From assembly GCA_036785375.1 (NCBI GenBank), contig JAWMAR010000098.1, positions 4,092,001-4,156,000 on the forward strand: DNA of 64,000 bases, in the 5' to 3' direction. The notes beneath the pieces were generated by a model. It was given only the letters and a program-made list of their open reading frames with translations, searched no databases and was not told the DNA's origin. Positions within the stretch are counted from its first letter, which is position 1. Each line of letters starts with the position of its first letter. The stretch is from Leucoraja ocellata. Its lineage: Eukaryota. A program made the position numbers and the translations under genes. Of the stretch, positions 47,300 through 61,103 are shown piece by piece.

Positions 47300-47385
47300 C
47301 ATACCATTACAGAGTTGAGTACAAATATCCTTACTGATGATCGAGTGCAGTACTGAGGGAGATCTGCATAGTCGAAGGTGCCATC
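47300..47385 (+). mobile_element. SacSINE1/DeuSINE-like fragment
   Basis: agtgcagtactgagggagatctgcatagtcgaaggtgccatc matches the recalled Deu-domain consensus. Confidence 0.55.
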
Positions 47386-47599
47386 GTAACACTGTTCATT
47401 AATGCCAACTGAGTTTGGGAACACTTCTTGTTTGAACATTAGCACTGTAAGTGTTTCTTCTCAGTTTCCCAGCTACCAATTGCACATTTTGCAGCAGTGT
47501 TCATATCAGTCCAAATCCATAGAGAGCATTACTAGCATTACTAATAGTTCAGAGCAGCACCAGTTGTGTGCAGGACATATTCCAACCTGAATTAAAGAT

Positions 47600-47745
47600 C
47601 CAGAGACTGGTCCATAGTAGCTGGGGAATTCGTATTCAGGTAACTAAATAAATCTGAAATATTACCAATAATGCTTCATCCCAATACTCTGATTCACTAA
47701 TATCCTTTCAGAGAAGGACCTTTGGCAACTTTACCTCGCCTGAAC
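47600..47745 (+). mobile_element. Old elasmobranch SINE-like repeat
   Basis: agctggggaattcgtattcaggtaactaaataaatctg...tctgattcactaatatcctttcagagaagg. Confidence 0.5.
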
Positions 47746-47855
47746 TATATATTTTTTAATTGGGAAAACCAACATTTATCACTCTTCCTTAATTTTCCAT
47801 AAGAAGGTGCTGTTGGATTCTCTGCATGAATTACTGTTGTCTTTAGGTGAAGTTA

Positions 47856-48375
47856 AGAGGCTGTCCCATTGTGATGACCTAATCCGCGAGTTCTGGCGAG
47901 TTTGCCCTCGACCATGAGGTCCTAGGAGGTCTTTGTGACTCTCATTCATGCTCGAGAGTAGTCCCCGCATACTCGAGGCCTCAGCTTGGTCGCAGCGTAA
48001 TTTTCAACATGTTGAAAAATGCCGGCGAGTATATAAAGGTCGCCATGTAAAAAAATCGATACTTTTTTTACTCGAAGGTTTAGTCAAAGTAGGTCATAGT
48101 AGATCGGCATGTTATTCGTAGGTAATCGAGGGTAGTCGTAGGTAATCAAAGGTAGTCGAAGGTAGTCATACATAGTCTACAACATAGTCGAAGGGAGGTC
48201 GAAGGAGGTCGTCTTCACTCTCCACTATTCAGTGTCCAATTTTCCTGAAGCTAGTCGAAGCTAGTCTTCAACATAGTCAAAGGAGGTTGAAGGAGGTCTT
48301 CAACATGACATTTTTTCAAACTATCCTAAACTCTTCTAAACTCACCAATTAGGTTGCCGCAGTCGGACAGCCCCT
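47856..48375. mobile_element. PIF/Harbinger-like MITE, family A (inverted relative to 3395-3947)
   Basis: agaggctgtccca...agtcggacagcccct; TTA TSD on both sides; internal gtagtcga repeats. Confidence 0.88.
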
Positions 48376-48659
48376 TTACTCACACAAAGCTGTTGGATGG
48401 AGAGTTCCAAAACTTGCACTCAATGAGAGTGAAGAAATGATACAGTGTTTCAAAATTAAGATGGACTGTGACTTGAATGGGGTCTTAGGTGACGTTGTTC
48501 ATATCAACCCCCCTGCTCCCATCTTTCAGCATGGTGGAACCAGAAAACAAATCATTCAGTTAGATCCAAAATGGAATGTAAATGACATGGATGTAAATAT
48601 ATTGGGTCAGTTAGTAATTTGGTAAGATTGCCGGGAATTGTGGACAGTGGCTGTCAAAC

Positions 48660-49680
48660 TATACAGAGGGGCATGGAGCAATCACAGATAGTGGCAGAGA
48701 AATGACAGATGGAGTTAAATGTGAGCAAGTGAGAGGTGTTAGACTTTGCAAGGAATGGAATGGAAGGGGAATTAATGGCAAAACACTTAACTGCAGTGAT
48801 GTGCAGAGGGCTCTTGGGATCTAGGCCCAAAGATCTCAAAAGGTGGTAAGTTTATATGTTCTAGGACCATAATAAGGCTATTCGGCCCAACAAGTCTATT
48901 CCGACATTCAATCATGGCTGATCTATCAGGTAACACAAGTAGGAAGGAATATGTAGAGTTTGCCTTCATTGGTTGGGGCACTGAGTACGAGTCAGGAATT
49001 CATGTTGCGGTTCCTTAAGATATTAGTTAGGCTGTGTTTGGAATATTGGGTGCAATTCTGGTCACCGCATCTCACGAAGGATGTGGAGGCATTGGAGAAG
49101 GAGCAGAGGAGGTTTACTAGAATGCTGAAGATAGACACAAAATGCTGGAATAACTCAGCGGGACAGGCAGCATCTGTGGAGAGAAGGAATGGGGTTTCAG
49201 GTTGAGATCCTTCTTTAGACTCTAATAGAATGCTGCCTGGATTAGGAGGTGTCGGCTACAAGGGGAGGTTGTGCAAACTTGACTTTCTCTGGAATACAGG
49301 GAGTTGAGGGGGATCTGATGGAAGTATATACAACTATAGGACACTTAGATGGGGGAGATAGTCAGAACCTTTTTCCCAGAGTGGAAATGTCAAAGACTAG
49401 AGGGCATAGTTTTAAGGTGAGAGGGGCACAGTTTAAATATGTGCAGGGCAAAGTTTTTACACATAGCATAGGGAGTGCCTGGAATGTGCTACCAGCAGTG
49501 GTAGTGGAGGCACATAAGATGGGGCATTTCAGAGGCTTTTGGATGGGCACTTGAATATTTGGGGAATGGAGGTAAATAGAATATGCGTTGGCAGTTGAGG
49601 TTAGTTTATAGTGGCATCATCTTCAGCACAGGCATTGTAGGTTGCAGGACCAGTTCCTGTGCTGTCCTGTTCTATGCTCC
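48660..49680 (+). mobile_element. CR1 LINE 3' fragment with nested insertions
   Basis: LVRLCLEYWVQFWSPHLTKDVEALEKEQRRFTRML and GDLMEVY...SKTRGHSFKV...AWNVLP motifs. Confidence 0.88.
49128..49225 (-). mobile_element. Short Penelope-derived insertion nested in CR1
   Basis: 10-bp TSD tagaatgctg at 49118-49127 and 49226-49235. Confidence 0.88.
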
Positions 49681-50247
49681 ATGAATGGCCAGTCATCCTG
49701 CGAATAATTTAATTGTATAGTGTATGGTAAATCAAAAAGGCCCCTTACTTGAATCTTCTGAGATTTGGGATGGGCAATAAATGCTGGCAGTACTGTCCAA
49801 TGAATGTTTCATCAATGGATGGAAGCTTCCATACATGATATAGAGTGCAGTAGAGCACACTCGCTTCCTAATAGTTATTTTGAAGGCAAATGAATATGCT
49901 CTCATGTGTATAATAGGCATATTCAAAAGAACTCCTCCAAAGATGGTCAGACTTACGTTTTTGAGCTGAGATGATGTGGCGAGATTACTTACCAAAATCA
50001 CCCAGAATGTTAACACTGACTTTGATAAGGGTCAGTTCAACACAGTGACAGATCCATACTATTTTATTGCCCGATAAAGCTCCAGTGGATGCTCTGCTGG
50101 TGTGGTCAAAATGTGCAAGTTACGCAGGTAGTGGAAAAAACTACATGGCTCTGGGGTAAACTTCATATTTGCTACTCATACTAAAATGGCACATAAGTAA
50201 CTGATATCTGCATGTTCCCCTCCCAATATCCAATCATATTAACTGCA

Positions 50248-50689
50248 ACCAAGCGCAGGCTCGGCGATCGTTTCACTGAACACCTCCATTCAGTCTGCCT
50301 AAACTTACCTGATCTGGTTGCTCAACATATTAACTCCCCCTCCCACTCCCACACTGACCTTTCTGTCCTGGGCCTCTCATCCATTGTCAGAGTGAGGCCC
50401 AGAGCAAATTGGAGGAGCAGCACCTCATATTTCACTTGGGCAGCTCACACCCCAGTGGTATGAACATTGACATCTCTAACTTCAAGTAGCCCTTGCTTTC
50501 CCTCTCTCTCCATCCCCTCCCCCTTCCCAGTTCTCCGACCAGTCTTACTGTCTCTGACTACATTTTATCTCTGTACCGCCCACTCCCCTGACATCAGTCT
50601 GAAGAAGGGTCTCGACCCGAAACATCACCCATTCCTTCTCTCCAGAGATGTTGCCTGGCCCGCTGAGTTACCCCAGCATTTTGTGTCTA
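50248..50689 (+). mobile_element. Neptune-type Penelope-like 3' fragment
   Basis: TKRRLGDRFTEHLHSV...VAQHINSPSHSHTDLSVLGL, then terminal repeat. Confidence 0.9.
50596..50629 (+). ncRNA. Minimal type I hammerhead ribozyme motif
   Basis: agt-CTGAAGA-a-GGGT-ctcg-ACCC-GAAAC-ATC-acc; intact stem II, G-to-A change in stem III. Confidence 0.72.
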
Positions 50690-51649
50690 TTATCTCAACT
50701 GTAACATGTATCGATGTTTGTTAATATCTCTCAATGTCTGTCGATGGATTGAGTGTGTTGCAGGCAGCCATTTTGATACAGCTTGTTTTGCACCGGCAAG
50801 ATTCTACCCTTGGAGAGGCATTAAGTAAATTAAACCTTGTGAAATAAGTGCCTTTAAAATGTTTATCTAATTGCAATCAAACTGCTAGAAAAATACAGTG
50901 AATGCAAGGTGTGCTTTCTTAAGGGAATGCAAACACCAAAATCAGGGAATATCAAATAAAAGTTTGAATACCGTATTGTGACATAGCATCTGAAATAACG
51001 TCGATTAGAATCATTGCCTTATGAAATAGACTGCCACCTACGGCAGTAAATACTGAACTCATTGAACCATTCACAGGGGAATTGGATCAATTCGTGATTT
51101 ATTAATGGATAGAAGGGTATGAGTTTGGAGTGAAAAAAAGATTAAAAAGGTCTCATCATGAAAAGAAAAGGTTGTGGATGGCAAAGGTGCCTGGCCTTTA
51201 TTCTATGCTACATATTTATATTCTTCCTGTTGCCCAAGAAAAAATCCATGTAAGCGGCAGATCTTACCTGATGCAGTGGGAATATCTTTACACATCAACA
51301 AGGCTAAATCATATTGCCTATATGTGTAGGTGGGCTCTGAGCTTAATTCAAAAGATGACCTGATGTAAGTGCTATCAGTGAAAATCATTCACCTTTGCTA
51401 CTGATAACAATCGCGCAACACAGGACAAGATAGAACCATTCATTATCCAGCTAGGTTATCCAGTTTATGCTTTATTTTATTTATTCAATGTGATATGATA
51501 TAACTGACAAGGATAAGATTTATTACCCGTCCATAATTGCCCCTGAATTAAGGGTTTGGGGGTTACAGATAGGCCATACTGGGTAAGGATTACAGATTGC
51601 GTGTTCTGCTGGACCTTAGTGGGCAAGATGAGTCTCACAACAGTCATCT

Positions 51650-51835
51650 CAACTGTACCCACCTGTCACTTGCCAGTTTTTGTCCTGCCCCCACCTCTTT
51701 TCAAGCTTTCTCCCCCACTCCTCCCTAACCTCTATCAGTCTGAGGAAGGGCCTTGACCCGAACATCGTTTGTCCACAGATGCTGTCTGATCCATTGAGTT
51801 CCTCCAGGCAGGCATACTGTTACTGATTCCAGCCT
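51650..51835 (+). mobile_element. Decayed Penelope terminal region
   Basis: C-rich tract, then cagtctgaggaagggccttgacccgaacatc...cagatgctgtctgatccattgagttcctccag. Confidence 0.75.
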
Positions 51836-51849
51836 TTTTATTCCAGGTT

Positions 51850-51965
51850 TATTCAGTTACTTGAACTGAAATTCCCCAAGTGACACGGTGTGACTCGAAC
51901 TCTCGTTTGCGGATCAATGGTCCAGGCCTCTGGATACTGGCCGAGTAATTTAATTACCATGCTGC
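51850..51965 (-). mobile_element. Old elasmobranch SINE-like repeat head
   Basis: Antisense to 47600-47660 (tttattcagttacttgaactgaaattcccca...tccaggcctctgga). Confidence 0.5.
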
Positions 51966-54900
51966 TGCACCTCTTACCATGGAATAGCATAACAGGTTGT
52001 TGGACTAGTAAGGAATGACTCATTCCTAATCTCCTTGAAGATACAAAATGAATCAGTTTCTTATTGCTACAACTTAATTGAATAAGGAACCATCGTCTTA
52101 CCTGGGTGCTGTATGAGAGTTTCAATAAGAAGTATTTGTTTCTACATTATCAGTTTAATTAAAACCAGTAGAGAGAAAATGATGCTCTTCCAATTTCACT
52201 GGGACGATTTGTGCTTTTTAAAAATTATACCTGCTGCTGGAGTTAAACCATGTTAGATGCAACTTAGGTAACACAGTAATTAGAGACTTGGGTAGAAGTG
52301 TGCAACTTAAGAAACCTCAAGCAGTTAAGTGGAAAGGTGGGCAAGGAAAATGTAAGGGACCAAACTGCACGACTTCACAAGGTGCAAACGCACTCAAAAA
52401 TGCACTGAGTTCAATTCACCTGATCATTTGAAAACTCACGCATGAATTTTTTTTTAAATAGCCCACTGACTGAAAGACTTTGAGCTACCAGAAAACGAAC
52501 GGCAAGATGCTGAAATAAATTAATTCAGTTAAAAAATAAAAAATATATAAATTACCTATATTTATCATTTGAATGGAAAGTAACATATTCACTGGAAGAT
52601 TTTAAAAAAATCACTAACATCTGAGCATTCAGAGTCATGGCACCACAGAAAAAAAAACCTGATTTATTGTCTTCTGCAGGGAAAAATACAATCTGGGGAT
52701 TGAATGCTTCTTTTGTTTAATCAAGAAAAAAATCCAAATCATTTACTACAAGCAATTTCGCATGCTGTGATAATGAAGTATAAAAACCTTTGGTATCATT
52801 CAAAGAACAAATTTCCTACGTTACTTAGTACCAGCCAAGTTCTTTGTGTCACCCTGCAGCCCCACACATTCCACGTCACACTCAAACAAAAGACATACAA
52901 ATTCATTAAACTATTTAATTACATGTCTTTATTTTTCTCCATTAGCAATCCTTGCCAGTACAAAGTGTATAAAAGCTGCCTAGTTTCGTGAGGCTGAGAA
53001 TTTTATTCAATTTACAATAAAGGCCCTTTTTTTTCTCTTGGCCAGTTTCCGACAAGCCCGGCAAATGGGAGCATTCAAGTGTACACAGGGAGCAAGAATC
53101 TAAAAGCAGTAACACTCGGAATGGCAAGCACATACGATGCAAGCATTAGAGCTGCCAGCGCCAATAGTGGCAGGAAAGTGCTTCAGCTACAAACAGAAAG
53201 GATATTAGCTATTTTTCCTAGTAAATTTGCTTTTTACATCTATTTCTTTTCAGAAGGGTTGTTATTGAGCTTAGTGTCCACAAATGCCATTGATCTGCCT
53301 GTGACTCAATCTATACACTTTTACTTTGACAGAAGCTCAGCATGTAAGCAATACAAATCCTAGTTAGGCTACAAACTTATTGATTTTATAGATTTCTCCC
53401 AAAGTTGTGATAATGATATATCATTGTTAAATTTGGTAGAACAAACTGCTTTTCCAATCTGTCAATGCAAGCATGAAAACCAATTCACAGCCTTGTTTAG
53501 AGATTTTCCTTCAGTGGGATAACTACAGCAAGCGGAAACAGATCGGCAATAGCCAGCTGGTGGTTGCAGCCTGATGGATGACATCTTGTCTGATGCCCCT
53601 TTCCGATCCACAGTGTGTTATGTCAGATGGGGTTTTACTCATTGCCAATAATCATCAGCACAGTTTTTCATAATCTTTTCTTAAGCAATTTAAATTTCAA
53701 ACATGCTCACGCGGTGTTTATTTTCTGCAGTGTGTATGTGTGTGTTTGGCTGTGTCCCAGTGTTTGTGTGTTTTATTCCAAGTAGAACAAAGGCAGCTCT
53801 TTGTTGATAATTACAGACTCACTCAGCAAAAAAAAAAAAAAATCACTATTCCAAGGTTTCTTCCCCCATTCTTTCTATTATAAGAAATATTGGTAATTTA
53901 CTTCATTCGCACATAACAACAGTTTTTAGGATTGTACATTGCAGATTTTACAAGGCATACAATAACCTGCGGCTAGAGTTGCTCATGAAATGTTTTTTTC
54001 CCTTGGAATCAGGCACATGTGTTGTTGCACACTTCACAGCATCTGAGTGCACAATTAATTTTATGGTGGATGAGTTTTCTTTTTTCTGAAAATCTGTTCA
54101 TAATTGTGCTGGTTGAATTTGCAGGAGCTTTCACAGAGAATGATGACTTCCCCCTCCTGGATTTGATCTGCTCCTATGGGAGGTGCAATTTAGATAGTGC
54201 AGTATCGATTTTTGCCATAATAGGTACAGAGGTACCTCTCTGGCCTGTTCAGTCTGCCCACTCTCAACATCAGGATTGTCAGCTGCTGTGAGGAAGCCTG
54301 TCATTATTTTTTTTCAAGTAAATCCATCACAGAAAAAAGGTGATGAAAATAAAATTATTTTCACCTTGCTACAGAGAAGAATGGCAGTGTCCACCACTGA
54401 AATTATTCTTAATGCCTCCTGGTAACAAAGTAATCAGGAAACAGAAGGAAATGGTTTGTGAAGGTTAATTTATTTTTAATTTGCCGCAGACACTTCTGTG
54501 TTTTTTTTTTTGTTTTGATGTCAAACAAAATGGTGCAATATTTTCCCTGAAGGAATACTAATTGGGATAGAAACATAGAATCTGACTGGTGCATCGCCGA
54601 TATATATCATATATATATATGTTGTGTGAAGACCAGTTTTTCCAAAAGCAAGGATTGAAAATGAGGTTTGGAAATTCAAGTGGTAGCTTCCGAATGAAAT
54701 GAGATTGTCAACAATTACTTGTGGAAAATAGGACATGCAAAAGTAAGAACCTCGGGGCTTGTCACTCCTGACCTCTGGAAGATTAGCGAGCCTCTTGAAG
54801 CTCATCTACTGAAGTCCAACCCAGAGGGGGAAAAAAACTTGATACTTAAAAGGAAACGTCGCCTCATTACATTAAACCAGCACGAGGCACTCAAAAAACA

Positions 54901-57009
54901 GATTGTTTATAAAATTGTTTTAAAAAGTCATCTGACTTTGTGTTTATTAAGACTCACGCCGTAGTTAGAAGACCACAGTTGTCTGCGTACATCAAGGAAA
55001 ACAAAGAAAGAAATGTCCTTAACTGTCACTTTTAATAAGAGAAGTCAACCTGCCTCTATTCAGGTTAAATATTGCCCTGTCACTTTTCAATTGAGTCAAC
55101 AGATTTTTTTTTTAAAGTCAAAGCATAGTGTATGCAAAAATCTGTCATAATGTGACAGATCTGTTCTCATTCAAAAAATTCTATTGTGAAATCTGAAAAC
55201 TAACTTTTCATAATCAGCAATGGCATTAAATGGAGTATTTGCATGATAACAATGGGTTTTTCTAATTTAATGAAGGCTTGGAGGCTTCCATTGTAAAGTT
55301 TACAAGCACCTCCAGCATTTCCATTTGCAGTCATTTGAAAAAAATATAGATTTATAAGGAAGCTATTTTAAAATGAAGCTTCCATGTTACCAAGACATGC
55401 ACATGGTATAAAAAAAAGATGAATTGTTCTCTTGTTTTTCATGCAATCCACTGTATAAATTTGATTATGAAATGTAAAACATTTTATCAGTTAGTGTTCA
55501 GCAAGACAAAACATATGTAAAATGCATTCTAGTTACATGTCTTGTTAAGGTTCAGGTAACAATAATGTCAATATTATTGATTAAAAACAAACAAATCTCT
55601 GACCAGCAGAAGATGAGCAAAATGCTTCCAAATTCACAAGATGCTTCTTTTGAAATATTATACATATAATAATTATCAATGTGGCTGTTGTGTGGAAAAT
55701 GTAAGCAATAAAATTAAATGCCTATTTTTCCAAAAACAAAATCTGAAATTGGTTCACTGGTCATACAAGGCAAGCAACCAAATAAAAGCCACATAATCAG
55801 AAGGTGACCTTTATAAATAAACTTGAAAATTAAAAACTTGTGATAAATAATCTTGCCAGAAATTCTCACTGTTGACTCAGAGGTTTTACACTAACACTGA
55901 AATGCCAAAACAGAACAAATAACATTTCTACCCACTTACAATATGATGACTATTTTCATCATTATCATTTTTTATTAAGTTCTGTAAAGATTCCCCACAA
56001 ATTAAATCATATATGTTCCCTTATGAATACTGAGATGTCATGCTCTGATTGTGGATATATATATTTTTATCATGATTTCCTCGTGCATCTTTATTGAATA
56101 TGTTATAATCATACCACATCATCGTGGTATGTCACAGAAAATTTGAAATTTGTTGATTCTGCAGAACATGTAAGCAAGTTCTGCCTTCACATTTTGTCAG
56201 CAAATATATTTTGGTAAAACAGATTTGAAACTTTATAGGATTTACTGAATGCACAACCCACCTCTCATGCTTTGTCCAGTTCTGGGGCAAATTAACTGCT
56301 GGCAGAGCATTGGGAAGAATTGATAGTTTAGGAGTTAGTTGTCGTGGTGAAATGCTATTTCAATATACAGGCCATCTGTAGGTTACTAGCACCCAACTTA
56401 TGGCCATCAATACATACTGACGATCTCCCACAATAATATTCAATTCAAAACTCTGTTATGCCTATCTATGTTAATCCCCTTGGCAAAACTGGTTGCTTTT
56501 CCCTCTCGACTTTTAATAATTGTTAATTCATATCAGTCTTATGTGTTTTTGATGCCATTCATTACAGTGGAGGTCATCGCATAATTATTGCATATTTTCA
56601 GACTGGTGAACGTTTGTAAAAATGGAGCTTGTTCGTTACCCAGAGACGGCCTGTATACCGTACTATTAACGCAGCAAATCATTCCAAGGCACTTCGCCGG
56701 ACAGCTATCAAATAAAAACTGACACAAGCCACATAATATCTGGACAAATGATGAAAGATTTGGTCCAAGAGATATTGCTTTGAGGAGCACCCCGTAGGAG
56801 AGAGGAAAGGTAAGAGGGCATAATGATTCAGCAGGAAATTCTGACCTTATAATCTTGACAACTGGAGCTGTGGTATTCAATGGTGAAACAATTAAATCAG
56901 GGAACGATGAAGGGATTATAATTAAAGGAGTGGCGATATCAGGTAAATTAATGCAGCTAAAGGAGATTACAATAGAAGAAAGAGAAAAGACCATGGAGGA
57001 ATTTGAAAA

Positions 57010-57054
57010 CACCATGAGTATTAGTGGTCCACCATGAGTATTAGTGGTCCACCA
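57010..57054. repeat. Perfect 20-bp tandem duplication
   Basis: accatgagtattagtggtcc at 57011-57030 and 57031-57050. Confidence 0.95.
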
Positions 57055-59039
57055 CGATGCCATTGCAATAGGCTGCCTGTGCTTCTGAATACTTTCAGAG
57101 AACTGTGCTAATTAAAAGAACTTCACTAATTAAAAGTTAACAATAGCACCATAACCACAGACATGTTTCCAGGTCAAATATATCTGCCAATTTTGTGTGT
57201 TTTAAAGGTGTAGTTTGTTACTCAGAGTTTACATGGCCAATAAGAAACAGTGAGCAATGAACAAGATAAGGAGGATACAATAACATGAGCCTGGTGCCAT
57301 GTCATGAAGTACAAGTCTTTGCAACAGTAGCCCTTCATTGAGAATGCATAAAGCAAATGAGCTTGGGAACGTGAATTAGTTGATTCTTTGCTAAATTGTA
57401 TCAAGCTTTCCTGTCCTCCACACTTTTGTCACCTGCTGTAGCAGTAAAAAGAATAATTGAGTGTATATTGTGATCAACAATTAATAGATTTTTGTAAGCA
57501 GACCAGTAATTAGGACTGAGCGAGAAGGAGTGGGGAAATCAATAGATTGAAACAGCTTCACACATGTTGTGCACAAAGTTTTAATGATTCGTAGAAATCA
57601 ATGATGAATTCTAAGCCTCTTTTAACTTCCAAGTAAGTTTTTATTGTGTTCGTTTACTTTTAAATAATAAAAATAGCAGATTCACAGTGAATTATCAATG
57701 ATTAGAAATTCCAAGCACCCTTGCAGACTGACCCCAATGTACTCTTCGATATTGGTCTGTAATTGGCTGAAGATGGAGTGTTGCAGGACTTTGCTTGGTA
57801 CCTGATCAATACACCATTCACTAATTTTTCGCATTGTATAATGTGAATAGTTAGGAGCATAATCTGTTCCTGCATACTTTCTATCTGGGTACACTACACT
57901 TATTTTTCTCAGTACGGATTTAAAATTGTGATTATATTCATATGGCAAATAAATATTTTACAACTGACTAGTGTAGGACTATTTGGATTCATGAAAACAC
58001 AATATTTTATTGTTTCTACTCGGGTCTGCTTCCACACAATTCAGCAGAAACTGATCAAACAGAACAAGCCATGTCAAGTCTAAATTGAATTTGTCCATTA
58101 GTTTACAAAACCGGCACTGAAATTTGGCAAAGTTGGCAACAACCAAAATAAAATCAATCACCATTCATATTTCTGCTAATTGTGGATCCTTTTGCAGCTT
58201 GACTAGACTTTTAAAATCAAGCTTTTTTGTTTAGCTACACGGATGCCAATAGGCCTGTATAAAAACCTTTGCTATTTTAAATATTTGACAAGTGCTTCAC
58301 AATAGCGCAGGTACTATTTCATTCATGATAGTGCCTGAAAATTATTTTCAGTTGGACAAAGTTATGATACAGCAGCAGTAGATAGGATTTTATTTTAAGA
58401 TACTGCATTAGTAAAAGTGCATCCATTAGCACTCATAACAAGAAACATATCTTTATACAATCCTTTAAAATGCTGCAGGTTGCACAGATGATTTTTACAT
58501 TTAAAGATGCACAAAGGAATCTGAGCAGAAATTTGGGGCGACAACGACTCTTAATGCCAATTCAGAGTAATTCAGCACTTAGATGAATGAGCAGACGCAA
58601 AACAGAAAATCTTGGCTTCTGTGTGAAGAATCCAGAAAGCTCCTCTGTTCGGTGGTGCAAAACTAGCCACAGAAATTAAAGGTGTGGAATGTGAAGAGAG
58701 GTATGTCACAACGTGTCTGATAATCAAACCCATTTAGCATTAATGACCATGGGTAACACCCCACTAAGATGTCCCCCAGCAATAAACCTTACCTATGCTG
58801 ACGTACTAGCCTCACTCTGTCTCCTTCATGTACATCAGCACATCAGTCAATAATCAAAGCTGAAATAAATGTGATTGTGCCATGAGAGGTGCCTGCAATC
58901 TGAGAAAAACAAATAATCAGATCAATGTGTATAGTGTGGTACTGTGATCTATATCACCTACTTCTATGAAAAGACCACTTTATGTTAAAATGCTAACATC
59001 CATAATCCTTTAAAATAGAAACGATTTCAATAAGTTTAA

Positions 59040-59232
59040 AAAGACACAGTTCTGGGAGCATCAAGCAAGTCATAAGCATCTGTAGAGGCAGAAAGTTAGT
59101 TTGATGTTTTTGCCTGAAGATCTTCGGTGTGAAATATTAACTCTATCTTTCTCACTTCACAGATCCCTGTTGTGTAAACTGGCTCCAATGTTTTCCACCT
59201 TCATTTCAGATTTCTACAAACTGCAGTATTTT
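59040..59232. mobile_element. Ancient fold-back Penelope terminal-repeat relic
   Basis: agcatctgtagaggcagaaa (antisense) then tgaaatattaactct...cacagat...ttcagatttctac...ctgcagt (sense). Confidence 0.4.
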
Positions 59233-60966
59233 AATTTTAATTATTTGATATTCTTTATAAAATTTAAACTTGCATTTAAGAGAAATAATCTCTTCAGTCA
59301 GTTGAATAGATATTAGCACAACATATATGCATCAGCATCATTGATATGATCAAATATGATCAAATAAATTGCGTGAGTGAAGAATGTGATATGGACAATA
59401 AATATTACAAAGTATTAAAATAGAAGTAAAAATTACTGACAATTGTTTCCAGTGGTTTATGCACGAAGATGTACTAAAGGATCTAATTATTATACACATT
59501 TCTGCAGAACACTATCTTGTTTGGCTCCTTAAGACATTATAGGGAGATGGTGCACTGTACATGATATTCCCTATTAATCATATATCTAGCTGAAAGTGCA
59601 GAAATAAATTGCAAAATCAGCAAAATATTTTTGCAGACCAATTCAATGTTGAGTACACAACCTATGTAAAGCAATCTCTTTGGAGAGAGTGGAAAGGAAC
59701 CTGAAGCAATCAAAAGCATATATCTTATATCAATATTGTAAGGAAAATGTGCTGCACGATTGTGAAAATTAGCATCTTAGCTCATTCATAATATTACTAG
59801 TATTGTGCATTTTTAGTGAATTGAATTTACAGAATTTTAAACAGATTCTGTTGGATGCCAGAAGGTGACAACTAAAGGCAGAATTTGTCAACTTTAGTTA
59901 ATTAAAGATTTTCATATCAGCTATTAAAATGAGATGGGCTTTACATCACCACTTTTGTATCACATTAAAAACTTATTAAATCAGTTATACCATAGCTGAG
60001 CAAACAAGCTCCACCTGAATGTAAAACGGTTTTAAAACTAGAGAGAGTGTTTTAGAGAGAACATAACTAATGATGCTAAGATATCCTGCCCATGAAATAA
60101 TTCAAGCAGTGACGATATTTAATAATAAAAAAACATTCACTTGTTCTAAGATTTTATTTTTAAATGTTAAGAATATGTAAATGAGGTCAGCATAATTAAT
60201 TATCCCCATGTGAATAAGACTAAAGAAGTTTAACATCACATCTAAAAACATAAACTGAACCAAACCTGCAATTCAGTCATAACCTATTTCTAATTTTTCA
60301 CTCAACCCAATTTGTTTGAGTGCAATTTGCATTTTTCATTGTTAAGATAAATATAAGAAAGACATAAAAATCTCAGATTAAGAATAATCCAAGTTTATGA
60401 TTAAGTGCCTTTGCTTTTTATATTACAGCTGTAGCCTCACCGGTCGGTCACGCCTCAAATGACCACTTAAAGAATTAAGCGTTATCCCAGCAATTATTTA
60501 CAACCGGGTTCCTTTGACCTGCAGTGGGAACGCAAAGTCTGAAACTTTAAATTACATTGCTGATCAATCTATCAGCCAAAGCTGTTGGAACTGCATTTAT
60601 TTTGTACAAGATCTGAAATTATAGGAATAATGAGCTTGAACTATATCCAAGCATTGCTTCAGGCAATGGGGCTGTTGATCAATTGGCTATAGTACATGCT
60701 CAAAATATTTCTAGACTTGATACAACTTGATTAGAGAAGGCAGGTGAGAGCTTCCTGGAAAATGGTCAAATAGGTTACTTTTCTGCCATCAATCATGCCA
60801 CCATGCAGAGGTGTTATGTATGGTAATAGTGATTTAACAAGTGCGTTAATAGCAGGAACTGCTGGCTAAAGCGCTGAACTACTTTCTATGGATTTACTTA
60901 ATTTCAACATTGGAGGAATTTGTCATTCAGAAAGCCCAATCCAGAAAGCAACATGAAATATAATAA

Positions 60967-61103
60967 TGTGTGGGAAGGAACTGCAAATGCCGGTTTAAAC
61001 CAAAGATAAACACAAAAAGCTGGAGTAACTCAGTGGGTCAAACAGCATCTGCAGAGAAAAGGAACAGGTGACGTTTGGGGTCGAGACCTTTGGCTGAAAC
61101 GTC
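60967..61103 (-). mobile_element. Penelope terminal repeat with short fold-back
   Basis: ggaaggaactgcaaatgccgg...ggtgacgtttggggtcgagacc, then ctgaaacgtca. Confidence 0.85.

Noticed and set aside
47255-47400. Apparent splice acceptor ttttacag followed by exon-like sequence
   Set aside because: Runs into stop codons and a SINE-derived segment.
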